40,514 nucleotides of DNA, taken from the IMG/VR virus record IMGVR_UViG_3300045988_176499, one strand, 5' to 3'. Of the stretch, positions 23,566 through 33,143 are shown piece after piece. The notes below the pieces were generated by a model, which searched no databases, was not told the DNA's origin, and worked only from the letters and a program-made list of their open reading frames with translations. The stretch's first letter is position 1; each line of letters starts with the position of its first letter. The translations under genes and the position numbers were made by a program. This stretch comes from a virus.

Positions 23566-23993
23566 ACAACAAAAAAAGCCCGACGTCAGACTTGCTGACG
23601 CCGAGCCTTGTCGAGCTTCTCTCTGCCTTAGTTCTCTTTCGCGGGAAGAGGCAATAGCCATCCTCCGGGCTTTGGCTGCGAACCCGAAGCATGACGCTCC
23701 TCCAGCAGCCGGAAAATCGCGCGGACAGTTTCGATGCGGTTGATTGCGAAGATCAACGTGCGGAACTCTTCTGCCTGACCCATAAATATCTCTCTGCACC
23801 CCTCAAACGAATGTTCTATGTATATAGCATACACTTGTTCATTCGTTTTGTCAAGTGCAGAGAGGTTTTCACATCCTTTCTTTTTTGGCAGAAAAGAAGA
23901 ACGACTGATAAATTATAGTCTTTTTTGGGCATAAAAGCAACCGGAAAATTCTGGAAAAATATTTTTTGCGTTTTTGCAAGATGAGGTGAACAA

Positions 23994-25046
23994 ATGGCAA
24001 CAGCACGAAAACAGGACGATGGACGCTGGGCTGTACAAGTCTATGTCCGGCGGGATATCGACGGGAAGCAGCGGCGGAAACGCATCTATGGGCGCACGAA
24101 ACGCGAGGCGGAGCTTGCTGCGGCACAATGGGAAGTGAAGAAGCAGCACAACGTCGGGGCGGGAAATCTGACGGTTGGGAAGGCGATTGACGATTACATT
24201 GAAGAGCGTTCAAATATTTTGTCACCGTCCAGCATTCGAACATATAAGCGAATCGCCAGAAATATCGAATCATGGTTTTTAATGCTTCCGCTGGAATCGG
24301 TCGAGGCGGAAGACATTCAAAAATTGGTCAACCGGTATGCCGCAACACATGCGCCAAAAACGGTTAAGTCGCAAGCCGATCTGATCATCGCGGTCTGGAA
24401 AAAAGCGAATGACGGAAGAGTCCCGAAGATTGTTCTGCCGAGATTGGAGCGGAAAGAAGTCTCCGTTCCGGAGCCAGAAGACATTGAAACCCTGCTTCAA
24501 TTCGTCAAGGGCACGGACTATGAAATCCCGATTTTGCTGGCGTCTCACATGGGGCTGCGCCGGGAAGAAATCTGCGCTTTGACATGGACAGATATCAACT
24601 TTGAGGAAAAAAGCCTGACAGTGAAAAGCGCACTTGTGAAGGACGACAAAAACCAGTGGGTCAAGAAAACGACGAAGGCGGAAGCGTCAAAACGGGTCTT
24701 GCTAATCCCTGAGCGGGTGTTGAATGTGCTGGACGAAAAACGTGAACCGACGGGGAATGTATGCAAGTTGAAACCCAGTACGCTGACCAGCAAACTGCCG
24801 GGGATTATTCAGCGTGCGGGGCTTCCGCCATTCACGATTCACACGCTGCGGCACTACTATGCATCGGTGCTTTTATCCATCGGGGTTCCAATCAATTATG
24901 TTGCAGATGAGCTTGGACACGCAACAAATAGTATGGCGGAGCGGGTTTATGGGCATATTATGTCCGGTGCAAAAACGCAAATTCGTCGCAAAATCCTCAC
25001 GCACTTCAACGGGAACGGTGAACAGGAAAGTGAACAGCAAAATTGA
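23994..25046 (+). CDS. int: Tyrosine site-specific integrase
   Basis: 350 aa. The C-terminal catalytic region contains HTLRHYYASVL (H-x-x-R), LGHATNSMAERVY and a Tyr. The N-terminal region is SAM-like. It is adjacent to a tRNA-derived attP region. Confidence 0.9.
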   Translation: MATARKQDDGRWAVQVYVRRDIDGKQRRKRIYGRTKREAELAAAQWEVKKQHNVGAGNLTVGKAIDDYIEERSNILSPSSIRTYKRIARNIESWFLMLPLESVEAEDIQKLVNRYAATHAPKTVKSQADLIIAVWKKANDGRVPKIVLPRLERKEVSVPEPEDIETLLQFVKGTDYEIPILLASHMGLRREEICALTWTDINFEEKSLTVKSALVKDDKNQWVKKTTKAEASKRVLLIPERVLNVLDEKREPTGNVCKLKPSTLTSKLPGIIQRAGLPPFTIHTLRHYYASVLLSIGVPINYVADELGHATNSMAERVYGHIMSGAKTQIRRKILTHFNGNGEQESEQQN

Positions 25047-25047
25047 A
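25018..25047 (+). repeat. Arm-type direct repeat copy 1: GTGAACAGGAAAGTGAACAGCAAAATTGA, overlapping the integrase 3' end
   Basis: A near-identical 30-bp copy lies at 25301-25330, giving GTGAACAG four times in total. The two copies flank the tRNA fragment. Confidence 0.55.
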
Positions 25048-25065
25048 AACGCTTGCGGTTCTAAG

Positions 25066-25111
25066 GAAAGCAGCGTTTTTTCCGAGAGTTCGAATCTCTC
25101 CTTCTCCGCCA
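25066..25111 (+). tRNA. Partial tRNA gene (3' portion only: T-arm, acceptor strand, G discriminator, CCA); putative attP core
   Basis: T-arm GAGAG-TTCGAAT-CTCTC, acceptor 3' strand CTTCTCC, discriminator G, then CCA. No matching 5' acceptor strand (GGAGAAG) occurs upstream, so only the 3' segment is present, as is typical for attP. Confidence 0.55.
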
Positions 25112-25146
25112 AAAGACGCTGATTTGTTTCGGCGTCTTTTTTCTTT
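25112..25146 (+). terminator. Hairpin plus T-run immediately after the tRNA fragment (GACGCtgatttgtttcgGCGTCTTTTTTCTTT)
   Basis: Read directly. Confidence 0.5.
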
Positions 25147-25300
25147 GATTTCTGCTGTGAAATTTGCAGAAATGCGCGAAATCTGCTCCGTATGCCACAG
25201 ATTCGTTGTGAAACACTGCGTTTCACGCGAAACGAAAATATACGGAATTTCCAGTTTTGCGTACTTTTTGGAGCGGTATGCAAGAATGAAAACACCCCGA

Positions 25301-25330
25301 GTGAACAGGAAAGTGAACAGTAAAAATCGA
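25301..25330 (+). repeat. Arm-type direct repeat copy 2: GTGAACAGGAAAGTGAACAGTAAAAATCGA
   Basis: Matches 25018-25047 at 27 of 30 positions. Confidence 0.55.
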
Positions 25331-25404
25331 CCGGAGCGGGTTTTCCACAGGGAACGGGGATTTTTGGCTATGAAAGTTTGGAATATAGCATATAACAAAA
25401 CGTT

Positions 25405-25455
25405 ATGTAAAAAGGGCAAGCAAAGCCCGACGGGAAAGACCCGCCGGGCTGGCTT
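25405..25455. terminator. Bidirectional terminator region (GCCCGaCGGG / CCCGcCGGGC stems with T-runs on both strands) downstream of the 2010-aa gene
   Basis: Plus strand reads agcccgacgggaaagacccgccgggctggcttttt. Minus strand reads GGGCtttgcttGCCCTTTTT. Confidence 0.5.
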
Positions 25456-25463
25456 TTTGGAGG

Positions 25464-28400
25464 CTATTTTGCCGTGGAATTTTTCTGGCTGAAGTAGGCT
25501 TCCGAGTTCTGGAAGACCTGTCGGACAGCGGCTTTTTTGGCTGCTGTGCTGAGCTTTTTCAGGGCGGAAACCTTGGTTTCAGCGTCCGCGTCGGATGTGA
25601 GAATATCCTCTGCATTTTGGTAGTATTCCGCGATATAGCCGGTGTTGTAGGCGAAGTATTCCGCATAGCTGAGCGGGATGTCCTGATGGCCGACGCGTAT
25701 GGACGTTTCAACTGCTTTTGGGAGGATGGACATATCGCCCGTTTCGACGGCGAGGGCTTTTAGCTTTTCGACGGTTGCGGACGTGTCTTCTGTCTGACGG
25801 TCTGACATGAACTGGTCGAGCATTTGGAGCATAGTGACCTTTGCCGTGCGGGTGTTGGGGTCATTTTTGCTGCTTGCCTGAGAGAGCAGGCCGCTGGCGC
25901 GGCTGTAAAACGTCGCCTGAGCGTCGTAGAGCGCTTTTTCGGCTTGCAGTGCCTTGTTATCCGGGTAGGTCGTTGCTTTCGTTGTGAGGTCGCTGCGCGC
26001 ATCGTAGAAGCGGTTGGTGATGTCCTGGCTGTACACGCTGTCTTTGGTGAAGCCGAGCGTTGTGCTGAGGCCTTCCAGCGAGAGCGGGTTTGCCGCCTGC
26101 GAGCCGTTGACGGGGAAAAGATTCTGCTGGACGGTCTGGACAAAGCCGAGGCTTTTCAGCGCGTAGTCGATTTTCATCGGCGACCAGCCGAGCGCTTTGC
26201 CTGCCGCCTGGGCGAGCTTGGATGTTTTGTCGTTATACTGCTTCCACGCTTCAACGCCTTCGAGGTTCGCCGGAACGATGGGGTTGCCGCGGTAGTCGAT
26301 GTTGAGGATGGCGCCGAGCGGGGAGCCGATCCAGCCGAGGGAGTTGATCGCCGTGCCGAAAAACTGACTGCCGCCGTCTGTGCTGCCCATGCCGCCGGGG
26401 ACGAGGTAGAGCGAATCTACAATTTTCGGCAGAAGCTGATCCATGCTGTAACCGGCGAAATCGTAGAGGGCATTCTCGTTATTGTAGAGTTCTTCTTCGA
26501 CCAGACGGGCGGTCAGGGACGTCAGGATGCCGAGTTCACGCGGCTTGCGCACGGTGAAGAATTTCCCGTTGCCAATGTAGATGCAGTAGGAGTTATTCTT
26601 CTGGTATGTAGACAGGCGCGAATAGGCCTCTTCGGCTTCTTTGTCGCCTGGGTCAAAGCCTGTGCCAGCGAGGGCTTCCAGTGAGCCGAGGACGATGGAC
26701 GCAAGGGCGAAGTGCGTGAGCCGCTTGGCCGCCGTTTCCACGCGAGACTGTCCTGCCTTTCGGTCGAGTCCGGTGAGATAACGGTACTCTTTTGTCAGAC
26801 CTTGCAGCCCGGCATTGAAGAAGGGGACGACGCGGTTGATCTTCTTCGACCAGATGCCGCCGCGGGAGAAATCCGTCGTGATGTTGGCGGCGCGGAACAG
26901 GGCTTCTTCTGCGGACATGCCTGCCTTTCGGCTGAGGACATATTCGTTTGCGCGGAGATACTGTTCGATGCCGCCGGAGAAGCCTTCCCACGCTTCGCCG
27001 GCTTTGCGTTTTGCCTGCTTGAGTTTCTGCACCGTTTGGGAGTCCTTGCTGCTGTCGAAGACGGCGTTTGTGTTGCCGGAGACGCCTTCGCCCCAGCCGC
27101 CGAGCACGAAATATTCACGCATGGTCTGGTCGCTGCCGGAGCCGGTGAACATTTCCTGAAAGAACGGTTTTGTGTTGCGGGCGACTTCTGCAAGCAGGCC
27201 GCCGAACTCTGACATGCTGTCCTGCGTCATCATGGCCGTTTGGAAGTCGCGCGCGGGGTTGGATGCGATGTTGAACGCCGGGTTCATGGTCGTGACGAAC
27301 GACGTAAACTTCCGGTTCATTTTCGCGATGAAGCGGGCGACCGGCCCGATGGTTTCCGGTTTCATCGCTTCGAGCGCATCAAACAGCGTTTTGTCGTGGA
27401 CGTGATAGCTGACCTCTTTGCCGTCCTTAAAATAGCTGACGTAGTCGCCGCCTTTGCGGGCGACCTTGGTGATTCTGGTCAGGACGGACGGGAGGACGGC
27501 TTGCAGGATATCTTCGACTTCTTCCGCGTCGATGTCATAGCCGCGGGACGCGACTTCGGCAATGGCGTCTTTCGTGAGCTTTGCAGCGGCCTGATCGGTT
27601 TTCAGCGTTTCGACCTTCGTCTGCTTGGGCGCCAAATCCGCCAGCCAGCCGAGACCTTCTGTGTTGTGGATAGACTGAAAGATCATGGCGCGCGCGCGGT
27701 TCAGCCGCCCCGCCTGCACGGCGTTGTTGGTGAAGCTGATGATGTTGTCGAGAATCGGATTGACGTCACGCGTGGAGCCGTACTGCCGGTGAACGACCTG
27801 ACCGTCTCCGGACTTGCCCTGCTTTTTGCCGGAGACTTTGGTATCGTTTTCAAAAAAACGGTTCATCGGGACGTAGTTCGGCGCTTCTCTGTCCCAGGCA
27901 TCCGCCTGCTCCTTGGAGATCAGCCCCGTGCCGACGAGCCATGTATCCCGCACGTTTTTGACAAATTGGACGGTCGCTTTGGCCGCGTCCTGAATGCCGG
28001 GGTACTGTGCTTCGAGGCTGGCGAGCGCAGATTGCATGGCTGTATCGGAACTTAGCGTCGGGTCGGCGAAGATCTGGACACCGCGGGCTTGGTCTTCGAG
28101 CGCGTGCTGAATGCCGAGGTAAGTGTTCAAGGCAGCTCTGTGCGCCTGATCGTCGAAATTCAGGTTTCCGGCCTTCATTGCTTCGACGAGACTGCCGCCG
28201 GTCTTCTGGCCGTTGACGTCTGTGACGCCTTGCAGGACGCACTGCGCTGCCTGAGACTGAGCGTTGCGCGTGGCTCTGACGGCAAACTCGATATCGCGGC
28301 TGCCTGTGAGGTCGGCGACCTTTTTGGCGCCGTAGAGATCGTCTGTGATGTGGGTCAGCCACCACTCTTTTGCTTGGGTGTAGGTGTCTTTGCTTTTGAG

Positions 28401-31400
28401 CGCTTCGAGCTTGGACGTCTCTGTTGTCGTCGGGTTGAAGGCGAGACCGTATCTTGTCAGCGCGTCACTGCCGAAATAGCGGTTTGATTCCGCAAAGACT
28501 TCTTGGAGGTTCTGCCATGTTTTGGCGTCAACCGCCGTTTGGAGGTACTGGGTCATGGCGGGGTAGGCTTTTGCGGCGGCGTCAGCGTTCAGCATGGTTT
28601 CGCGGAAGAATTCTGCGAGACCTTCTACCACATGGAGTTGTGCGGGATAAGCCTGTTTCATCGCCGGAGAGAGGTTTCTTTCCAGCTCCGACCGGACGAC
28701 GGGGTCTGCTTTTTTCAGCAGGCTGAACCGTTTATCCATGGCGTGACCGGCTTCATGCGCGAGGACGGGGAGGTCGTTGGTCTGGCGGACGTGAACGTTT
28801 TCCGACTTCGTCATAAATTCGCCGATGGCGCTGCGCAGAAACATTTCTTTTTCCGCAACAGTTAGTTTCAACTTACTCTCTGTAAACTTCCGCAGATCAG
28901 ACAGGGAACGGCTCTGCCCTTCGCCGGATTTTTTGGCGTCGCCAATCCATTGGGATGATGGAGAACGCGCGGCTTGCGTTTCCTGCGGCTGAGACGAACG
29001 CTGAGAAGCGTTTTGCGATTGGGCGGTGTAGTTTAGCGGTTCGACAAACGCGCCGTTCTGAACGGTCTGTGCGCCCGAAAAGGACATTGCCTGAATGTTT
29101 TGTAATTCTGGTGTGCCGGAAAGGGATTTCAACTCGGCGCGCTGTTCCGCTTTTGTTTTGCCTTCGAGGTTGAGCCGAATACCGGCGTTGCTGAGCTGCT
29201 GCAGGGCTTCCGGGCTGGCGAGGATGGATTCTGCCTGCGAGTTGGTGAGCGGTTTGCCGGTTTTCAGGGTTTGCAGTGCGTCTGCTGTTTTGCTGGTGGG
29301 CTGTGCGGTTTGCGCGGCGGTTTGCGCGGTTTGTACGGTTTGCGCGGCTTTATATTTGGCGGGGTCGATGGACAGGCCGTTTGCCGCGTCTAACTGCATG
29401 AATCGGATGAGATTGCCGCGTTCTACCGCCGTGAGCGGCGTCTGCTTGGCTGCCAGCTCTTTGGCCAGCCGGTAGGATTCGGCGCGATCGTCCATTTGAA
29501 GCGCCTGTTTGAGGATGGAGGGCGCGGTCTGTCTGCCTGTTTTGGCGTCTCCGACGGCGTTGATCGCCGCGCCGATGCCGGTCATGGCTGCGCCGGACAG
29601 TGCGCCGCCTGCGCCTGCGAGGACGATGTCACCGATGGTATCTAAAATGGCCTGTTTGGATGCTTCTGTCGCCGACATGCCGCCGGACGTCTTGTATGCT
29701 TCGACCTTCTGGCTGAGCTTTGACAGGTCACCCATGAGGAGATAGTCGGTCACGGCGTTCGCCAGTTCGGTGGCCGCTTCTTCCTGCGCGTTTGTGAGCG
29801 CGGATTTTGCCACATCAGCGACGACGGAGCGGAGGCTGGAGCGGCCGGTCGTCCGGAGTGCCTTGACTTCGGAGAGGCTGTATTTTTCAAACAGCCCTTC
29901 AAAGACACCGGCGAGCAGACCGCCTGCGAGCGCCTGTTCATCCGAGCCGCCGCGCGCTGCGATGTCTCTTGCCGCGGAAGCGCCTGCGCCGGTTGCGAGG
30001 ATGGCTGCGCCGAGCGTGGGGCCGCCCACATAAGAGGCAAGCAGGCTGTTTGCCATGGAGACGCCGGTCTGGTAGAGGAAAGACCAACCGGAACCGTATT
30101 TTCGGTTGATTTTTTCAGCGACGGTTCCGGACAGCGTTTCCGGCGTTGCGCTGTTTCGCTGCGACGGCGTGTTGAAATCGATGGGCTGACCGGTGAACGC
30201 CTTTTTCACGCCCTGTGTGGCAAGGTCTGCCGCACCGGCAAGACCGGCCAAGGGGGACAGCGCGATGGACGCCGCCGTAGCAAGCGTTTCATGCTTGTTT
30301 GCAAACGCCTCCATGCGCTGCTGCTGGTCTTCTGCGGCGCGGTCGTCGAGCAGGGGTTTCAGGCTGTTGAAATAGTCGACCGCCGCCTTATAGCCGCGGG
30401 TGTTTAGAAGATAGCTGGCGACGTCGCGTTCCGACGGCTCCATGAAGTTGACTTTTCCGAGGGTTTCATCCATGGAGAGCTGCTTTGCATCCGTTCCGGT
30501 TGGGTCGGCGAGCATTTTGCTGATGCGGCGGGCGGTTTCATAGGTTTCGCGGTCTTTCGTGAAGAGCTTGGGCGCGTCGCCTTCCAGCACCTTGGGCGCT
30601 TTGTTGGCGGCGAAATCAGGAGCGCTGGTGACTTCGCTTTCGATGCGGTTTTTCACCTGTGCTTCCGGGGATTCCTGTGCTTTGTACCGGTCGGCGAGAT
30701 AGGCTTTCAGCAAATCGAGGTGGAATTTTTCATTTTCATGCTGGCGGTCATAGGCGTCTGCGCCGGACTGACCCAGATTGGCGGCTTTTGTGAGCGACAG
30801 GCCGTTTCCAACACCCATGTTTTCGGTTTCCCGGTCTTTCTGAGACTGCCGAGCCTTCTGCCGTTCGGATTCATATGCTGCCTGCGCTTCGTCGTAGGCG
30901 ATTTTCAAGTCGGCGTAGGATTTGCCGTCCCACTCCTGCATGTACTGGATGGCTTTTGCCTGTTTGAGTTCTTCGCTGTTTGCGGCGCCATGCAGACCGG
31001 CTTTGTTCAGCCGGTATTGAATTTCAGACGGTTTGCCGCCCTTCTGCGCTTCGTCTGAAAGGGCGAGGCGGTCAAACGCCTTCCGGTTGGTGGGGCTTTC
31101 AAAGTTTTGGCGTTCCGGCTTTGGAGCGGGCTGATTTGCCCTTGCCGCCATGCGGCGGCGGGTTTCCGCTTCAGCCGTCATGGATATGCTGTTGTCTTCG
31201 CCGGTGCGCCACGCGGCTTCGTAGCGGCGGGCAGCGGCTCTTTTTTGCCGCGCGATTTCCACATCGTCCTGCGGGAGGGATGCCAGCCCGTTGTTATACC
31301 GCGTTGTCCATGCTTCCGCCGCTTCGGCGCGGCGTCTGCGCGCTTCTTCTTCCTGCCGCTCCTTCTGGCGGGTCGTATTTTCGTACTGCCGGATGGCAGA

Positions 31401-31478
31401 AGCCCCTCGGCGGACGCCTCCGCTTTGGTTCAGCTTCGCCTGCGCGGCGGCATATCGCTGGAAAAGGTTGTCAGCCAT
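25464..31478 (-). CDS. Giant virion protein, about 2004 aa (tape-measure, ejection or polyvalent-like), with Gly-zipper hydrophobic segments and a HExxH metallopeptidase-like motif
   Basis: ORF 25464..31496, but the preferred start is ATG at 31478 (MADNLFQ) behind a GAAGGAGG RBS. The HExxH motif is in VLAHEAGHAMDKRF at about nt 28735-28760. Glycine-rich hydrophobic stretches are GGPTLGAAILATGAGASAARDIAARGG and GDIVLAGAGGALSGAAMTGIGAAINAVG. It is the last gene of the late operon after the capsid genes. Confidence 0.6.
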   Translation of the reverse strand: MADNLFQRYAAAQAKLNQSGGVRRGASAIRQYENTTRQKERQEEEARRRRAEAAEAWTTRYNNGLASLPQDDVEIARQKRAAARRYEAAWRTGEDNSISMTAEAETRRRMAARANQPAPKPERQNFESPTNRKAFDRLALSDEAQKGGKPSEIQYRLNKAGLHGAANSEELKQAKAIQYMQEWDGKSYADLKIAYDEAQAAYESERQKARQSQKDRETENMGVGNGLSLTKAANLGQSGADAYDRQHENEKFHLDLLKAYLADRYKAQESPEAQVKNRIESEVTSAPDFAANKAPKVLEGDAPKLFTKDRETYETARRISKMLADPTGTDAKQLSMDETLGKVNFMEPSERDVASYLLNTRGYKAAVDYFNSLKPLLDDRAAEDQQQRMEAFANKHETLATAASIALSPLAGLAGAADLATQGVKKAFTGQPIDFNTPSQRNSATPETLSGTVAEKINRKYGSGWSFLYQTGVSMANSLLASYVGGPTLGAAILATGAGASAARDIAARGGSDEQALAGGLLAGVFEGLFEKYSLSEVKALRTTGRSSLRSVVADVAKSALTNAQEEAATELANAVTDYLLMGDLSKLSQKVEAYKTSGGMSATEASKQAILDTIGDIVLAGAGGALSGAAMTGIGAAINAVGDAKTGRQTAPSILKQALQMDDRAESYRLAKELAAKQTPLTAVERGNLIRFMQLDAANGLSIDPAKYKAAQTVQTAQTAAQTAQPTSKTADALQTLKTGKPLTNSQAESILASPEALQQLSNAGIRLNLEGKTKAEQRAELKSLSGTPELQNIQAMSFSGAQTVQNGAFVEPLNYTAQSQNASQRSSQPQETQAARSPSSQWIGDAKKSGEGQSRSLSDLRKFTESKLKLTVAEKEMFLRSAIGEFMTKSENVHVRQTNDLPVLAHEAGHAMDKRFSLLKKADPVVRSELERNLSPAMKQAYPAQLHVVEGLAEFFRETMLNADAAAKAYPAMTQYLQTAVDAKTWQNLQEVFAESNRYFGSDALTRYGLAFNPTTTETSKLEALKSKDTYTQAKEWWLTHITDDLYGAKKVADLTGSRDIEFAVRATRNAQSQAAQCVLQGVTDVNGQKTGGSLVEAMKAGNLNFDDQAHRAALNTYLGIQHALEDQARGVQIFADPTLSSDTAMQSALASLEAQYPGIQDAAKATVQFVKNVRDTWLVGTGLISKEQADAWDREAPNYVPMNRFFENDTKVSGKKQGKSGDGQVVHRQYGSTRDVNPILDNIISFTNNAVQAGRLNRARAMIFQSIHNTEGLGWLADLAPKQTKVETLKTDQAAAKLTKDAIAEVASRGYDIDAEEVEDILQAVLPSVLTRITKVARKGGDYVSYFKDGKEVSYHVHDKTLFDALEAMKPETIGPVARFIAKMNRKFTSFVTTMNPAFNIASNPARDFQTAMMTQDSMSEFGGLLAEVARNTKPFFQEMFTGSGSDQTMREYFVLGGWGEGVSGNTNAVFDSSKDSQTVQKLKQAKRKAGEAWEGFSGGIEQYLRANEYVLSRKAGMSAEEALFRAANITTDFSRGGIWSKKINRVVPFFNAGLQGLTKEYRYLTGLDRKAGQSRVETAAKRLTHFALASIVLGSLEALAGTGFDPGDKEAEEAYSRLSTYQKNNSYCIYIGNGKFFTVRKPRELGILTSLTARLVEEELYNNENALYDFAGYSMDQLLPKIVDSLYLVPGGMGSTDGGSQFFGTAINSLGWIGSPLGAILNIDYRGNPIVPANLEGVEAWKQYNDKTSKLAQAAGKALGWSPMKIDYALKSLGFVQTVQQNLFPVNGSQAANPLSLEGLSTTLGFTKDSVYSQDITNRFYDARSDLTTKATTYPDNKALQAEKALYDAQATFYSRASGLLSQASSKNDPNTRTAKVTMLQMLDQFMSDRQTEDTSATVEKLKALAVETGDMSILPKAVETSIRVGHQDIPLSYAEYFAYNTGYIAEYYQNAEDILTSDADAETKVSALKKLSTAAKKAAVRQVFQNSEAYFSQKNSTAK

Positions 31479-31496
31479 CGTTGAGACCTCCTTCAT

Positions 31497-33071
31497 TTAG
31501 TTCTGCTTGTTTTTCAGGCGGTTGCGAACGATGTTGCGCCATGCGTCAGAAGACCGGTCGCGGCTGTCGGTTCCGGCTTTCGCTTCTGCCGCCGTGACCA
31601 TGTCTACAAAGTCATCATAAAGACCGTAGGCTTTCAGGACTGCTTCTGCGTCGGCTTCGGAGACGGCGCCGCTGGCAGCCAGCGTCGAAATGAAGCCGAT
31701 GACGCTGGCCTTCTGCGAATCGTCTCTTGTGTATTCGCCGAGGCTGTTTTTGGTAAAAAGGCGGTCTTTGACGGTTTTGGAAAGGTCGTTGTAGTCGTAC
31801 TGATAGTTCGCTTCCGGCGCCTGGTACTGTGAGGAACCGGGCAGTTTAGCCAGGACAGAATCGCGGTAGAGTGCATAGCCGTCTTCGCCGTAGAGGTTTG
31901 TGACGAGCTGTTCGTTGTCGCGCAGCAGACTCAAGACCTGTGCTGTGGAGTAGCCCTGTTTTTCGGCATTCTGGACGACTTGATTGGCAAAACCGATGAT
32001 TTCCTCATAGGTGAGCGGGTCGGTTTCGGCGAGCTGAGCGGCGTACTGTGCGGAGGCGCCGGAGAGCCCGCCGCCGGATTTTTTGCCGGAAGCGTAGAGC
32101 TTTGCCTGACTGAGGGCGTTGGCAATGGCGTCCTGCTCTTTCTGGTAGGCAAACTGGCGCTCTTTCCATGCCCGGTCTTTGGCGTCCTGATCGACGTTGT
32201 AGTTCCACTTCTGGTTATATCTGTCATCGTCCACCTTGTCGCGGTCAAGCTGGTACTGCCATTTCTGGTTGTATTGGTCATCTTCGATGGCGTCTCGTTC
32301 CTTCTGGTAGGCAAATGCGCGGTCTTTGTTGGCCTGCTCTTGTAGGAGCTGGGCGTATTCCGCTTCCAGATCATTCAGGTCGGCGTCGCCGTTCAAGCGC
32401 GCCTGCGCGATTTGCTGGTCAAGCTCTGCGAGGCGCCGCAGCCGTTCCTGCTCGTTTTGGTTCTGGCGTTCGCGATATGCTGTGGTCTGTGCGACCTTGG
32501 CGCTGTCGGAATAGCCGCTGTTGTAAAGCCCTTGCGAGGCAAGTTCGTTTGCAAGCTGCTCTTTGCTGGACATATAGCCCTGATAGTTCTGCCGGGCGAG
32601 TGCGTCATACTGCTGGTTATAGAGTGGCCGGTTGTATTCGATTTGCTGGATGTTCGCTTCCATGCGCTGGCGGGCGGCTTTCTGTGCGGCCTCCTGCGCC
32701 TGTTGGAGATAGTTCGTCTGCTGAGCGGGCTGGGGGTTATTCTGCGCCTGCTGCTGGGCAAGCCACTGCTGGTAATCGACGCCGCCGGACGGCGTCATGA
32801 CCCACGACTGCGTCCCAGCGGCGTTGGAGACGATGGAGCCGTTGTCAATCCGCTGCGTCCCTGCTGCATCTTTATACATCTTGTTGTCGATTGAGAAGCC
32901 GACGGCCTGCTTGCCGGTCGGGTCTGTGTAGTTCATGCGGATGGCGGGGGACGGGGACTGACCGTGCAGCTCTGCGGCCTGCTGCATGTTGCCGGACTTG
33001 ACGTCGCTGATGTCATAGACCTGACGCCCGGAATCGGGGTCATAGAGGGCGCTTTTCAGAAGATTGGGCAT
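31497..33071 (-). CDS. Virion-associated coiled-coil protein with QKW/NQKW repeats, 524 aa
   Basis: GGAGGA RBS. The central segment has repeats such as DDQYNQKWQYQLDRDKVDDDRYNQKWNYNVDQDAKD. Confidence 0.45.
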   Translation of the reverse strand: MPNLLKSALYDPDSGRQVYDISDVKSGNMQQAAELHGQSPSPAIRMNYTDPTGKQAVGFSIDNKMYKDAAGTQRIDNGSIVSNAAGTQSWVMTPSGGVDYQQWLAQQQAQNNPQPAQQTNYLQQAQEAAQKAARQRMEANIQQIEYNRPLYNQQYDALARQNYQGYMSSKEQLANELASQGLYNSGYSDSAKVAQTTAYRERQNQNEQERLRRLAELDQQIAQARLNGDADLNDLEAEYAQLLQEQANKDRAFAYQKERDAIEDDQYNQKWQYQLDRDKVDDDRYNQKWNYNVDQDAKDRAWKERQFAYQKEQDAIANALSQAKLYASGKKSGGGLSGASAQYAAQLAETDPLTYEEIIGFANQVVQNAEKQGYSTAQVLSLLRDNEQLVTNLYGEDGYALYRDSVLAKLPGSSQYQAPEANYQYDYNDLSKTVKDRLFTKNSLGEYTRDDSQKASVIGFISTLAASGAVSEADAEAVLKAYGLYDDFVDMVTAAEAKAGTDSRDRSSDAWRNIVRNRLKNKQN

Positions 33072-33107
33072 TGGTTCATCCTCCGTTTGGATTCAAGAAG
33101 TTGGTTT

Positions 33108-33143
33108 CGAAAAAGGCGGAGACGGGTTTTTCCGCCTCCGCCT
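33108..33143 (-). terminator. Intra-operon rho-independent terminator or attenuator between the 114-aa gene and the 524-aa gene
   Basis: Minus strand reads GGCGGAGgcggaaaaacccgtCTCCGCCTTTTTCG. Confidence 0.5.

Noticed and set aside
25066-25111. Complete tRNA gene
   Set aside because: Only the T-arm and 3' acceptor strand are present, and no complementary 5' acceptor strand or D-arm can be formed from upstream sequence. It is interpreted as the tRNA-derived attP core rather than a functional tRNA.
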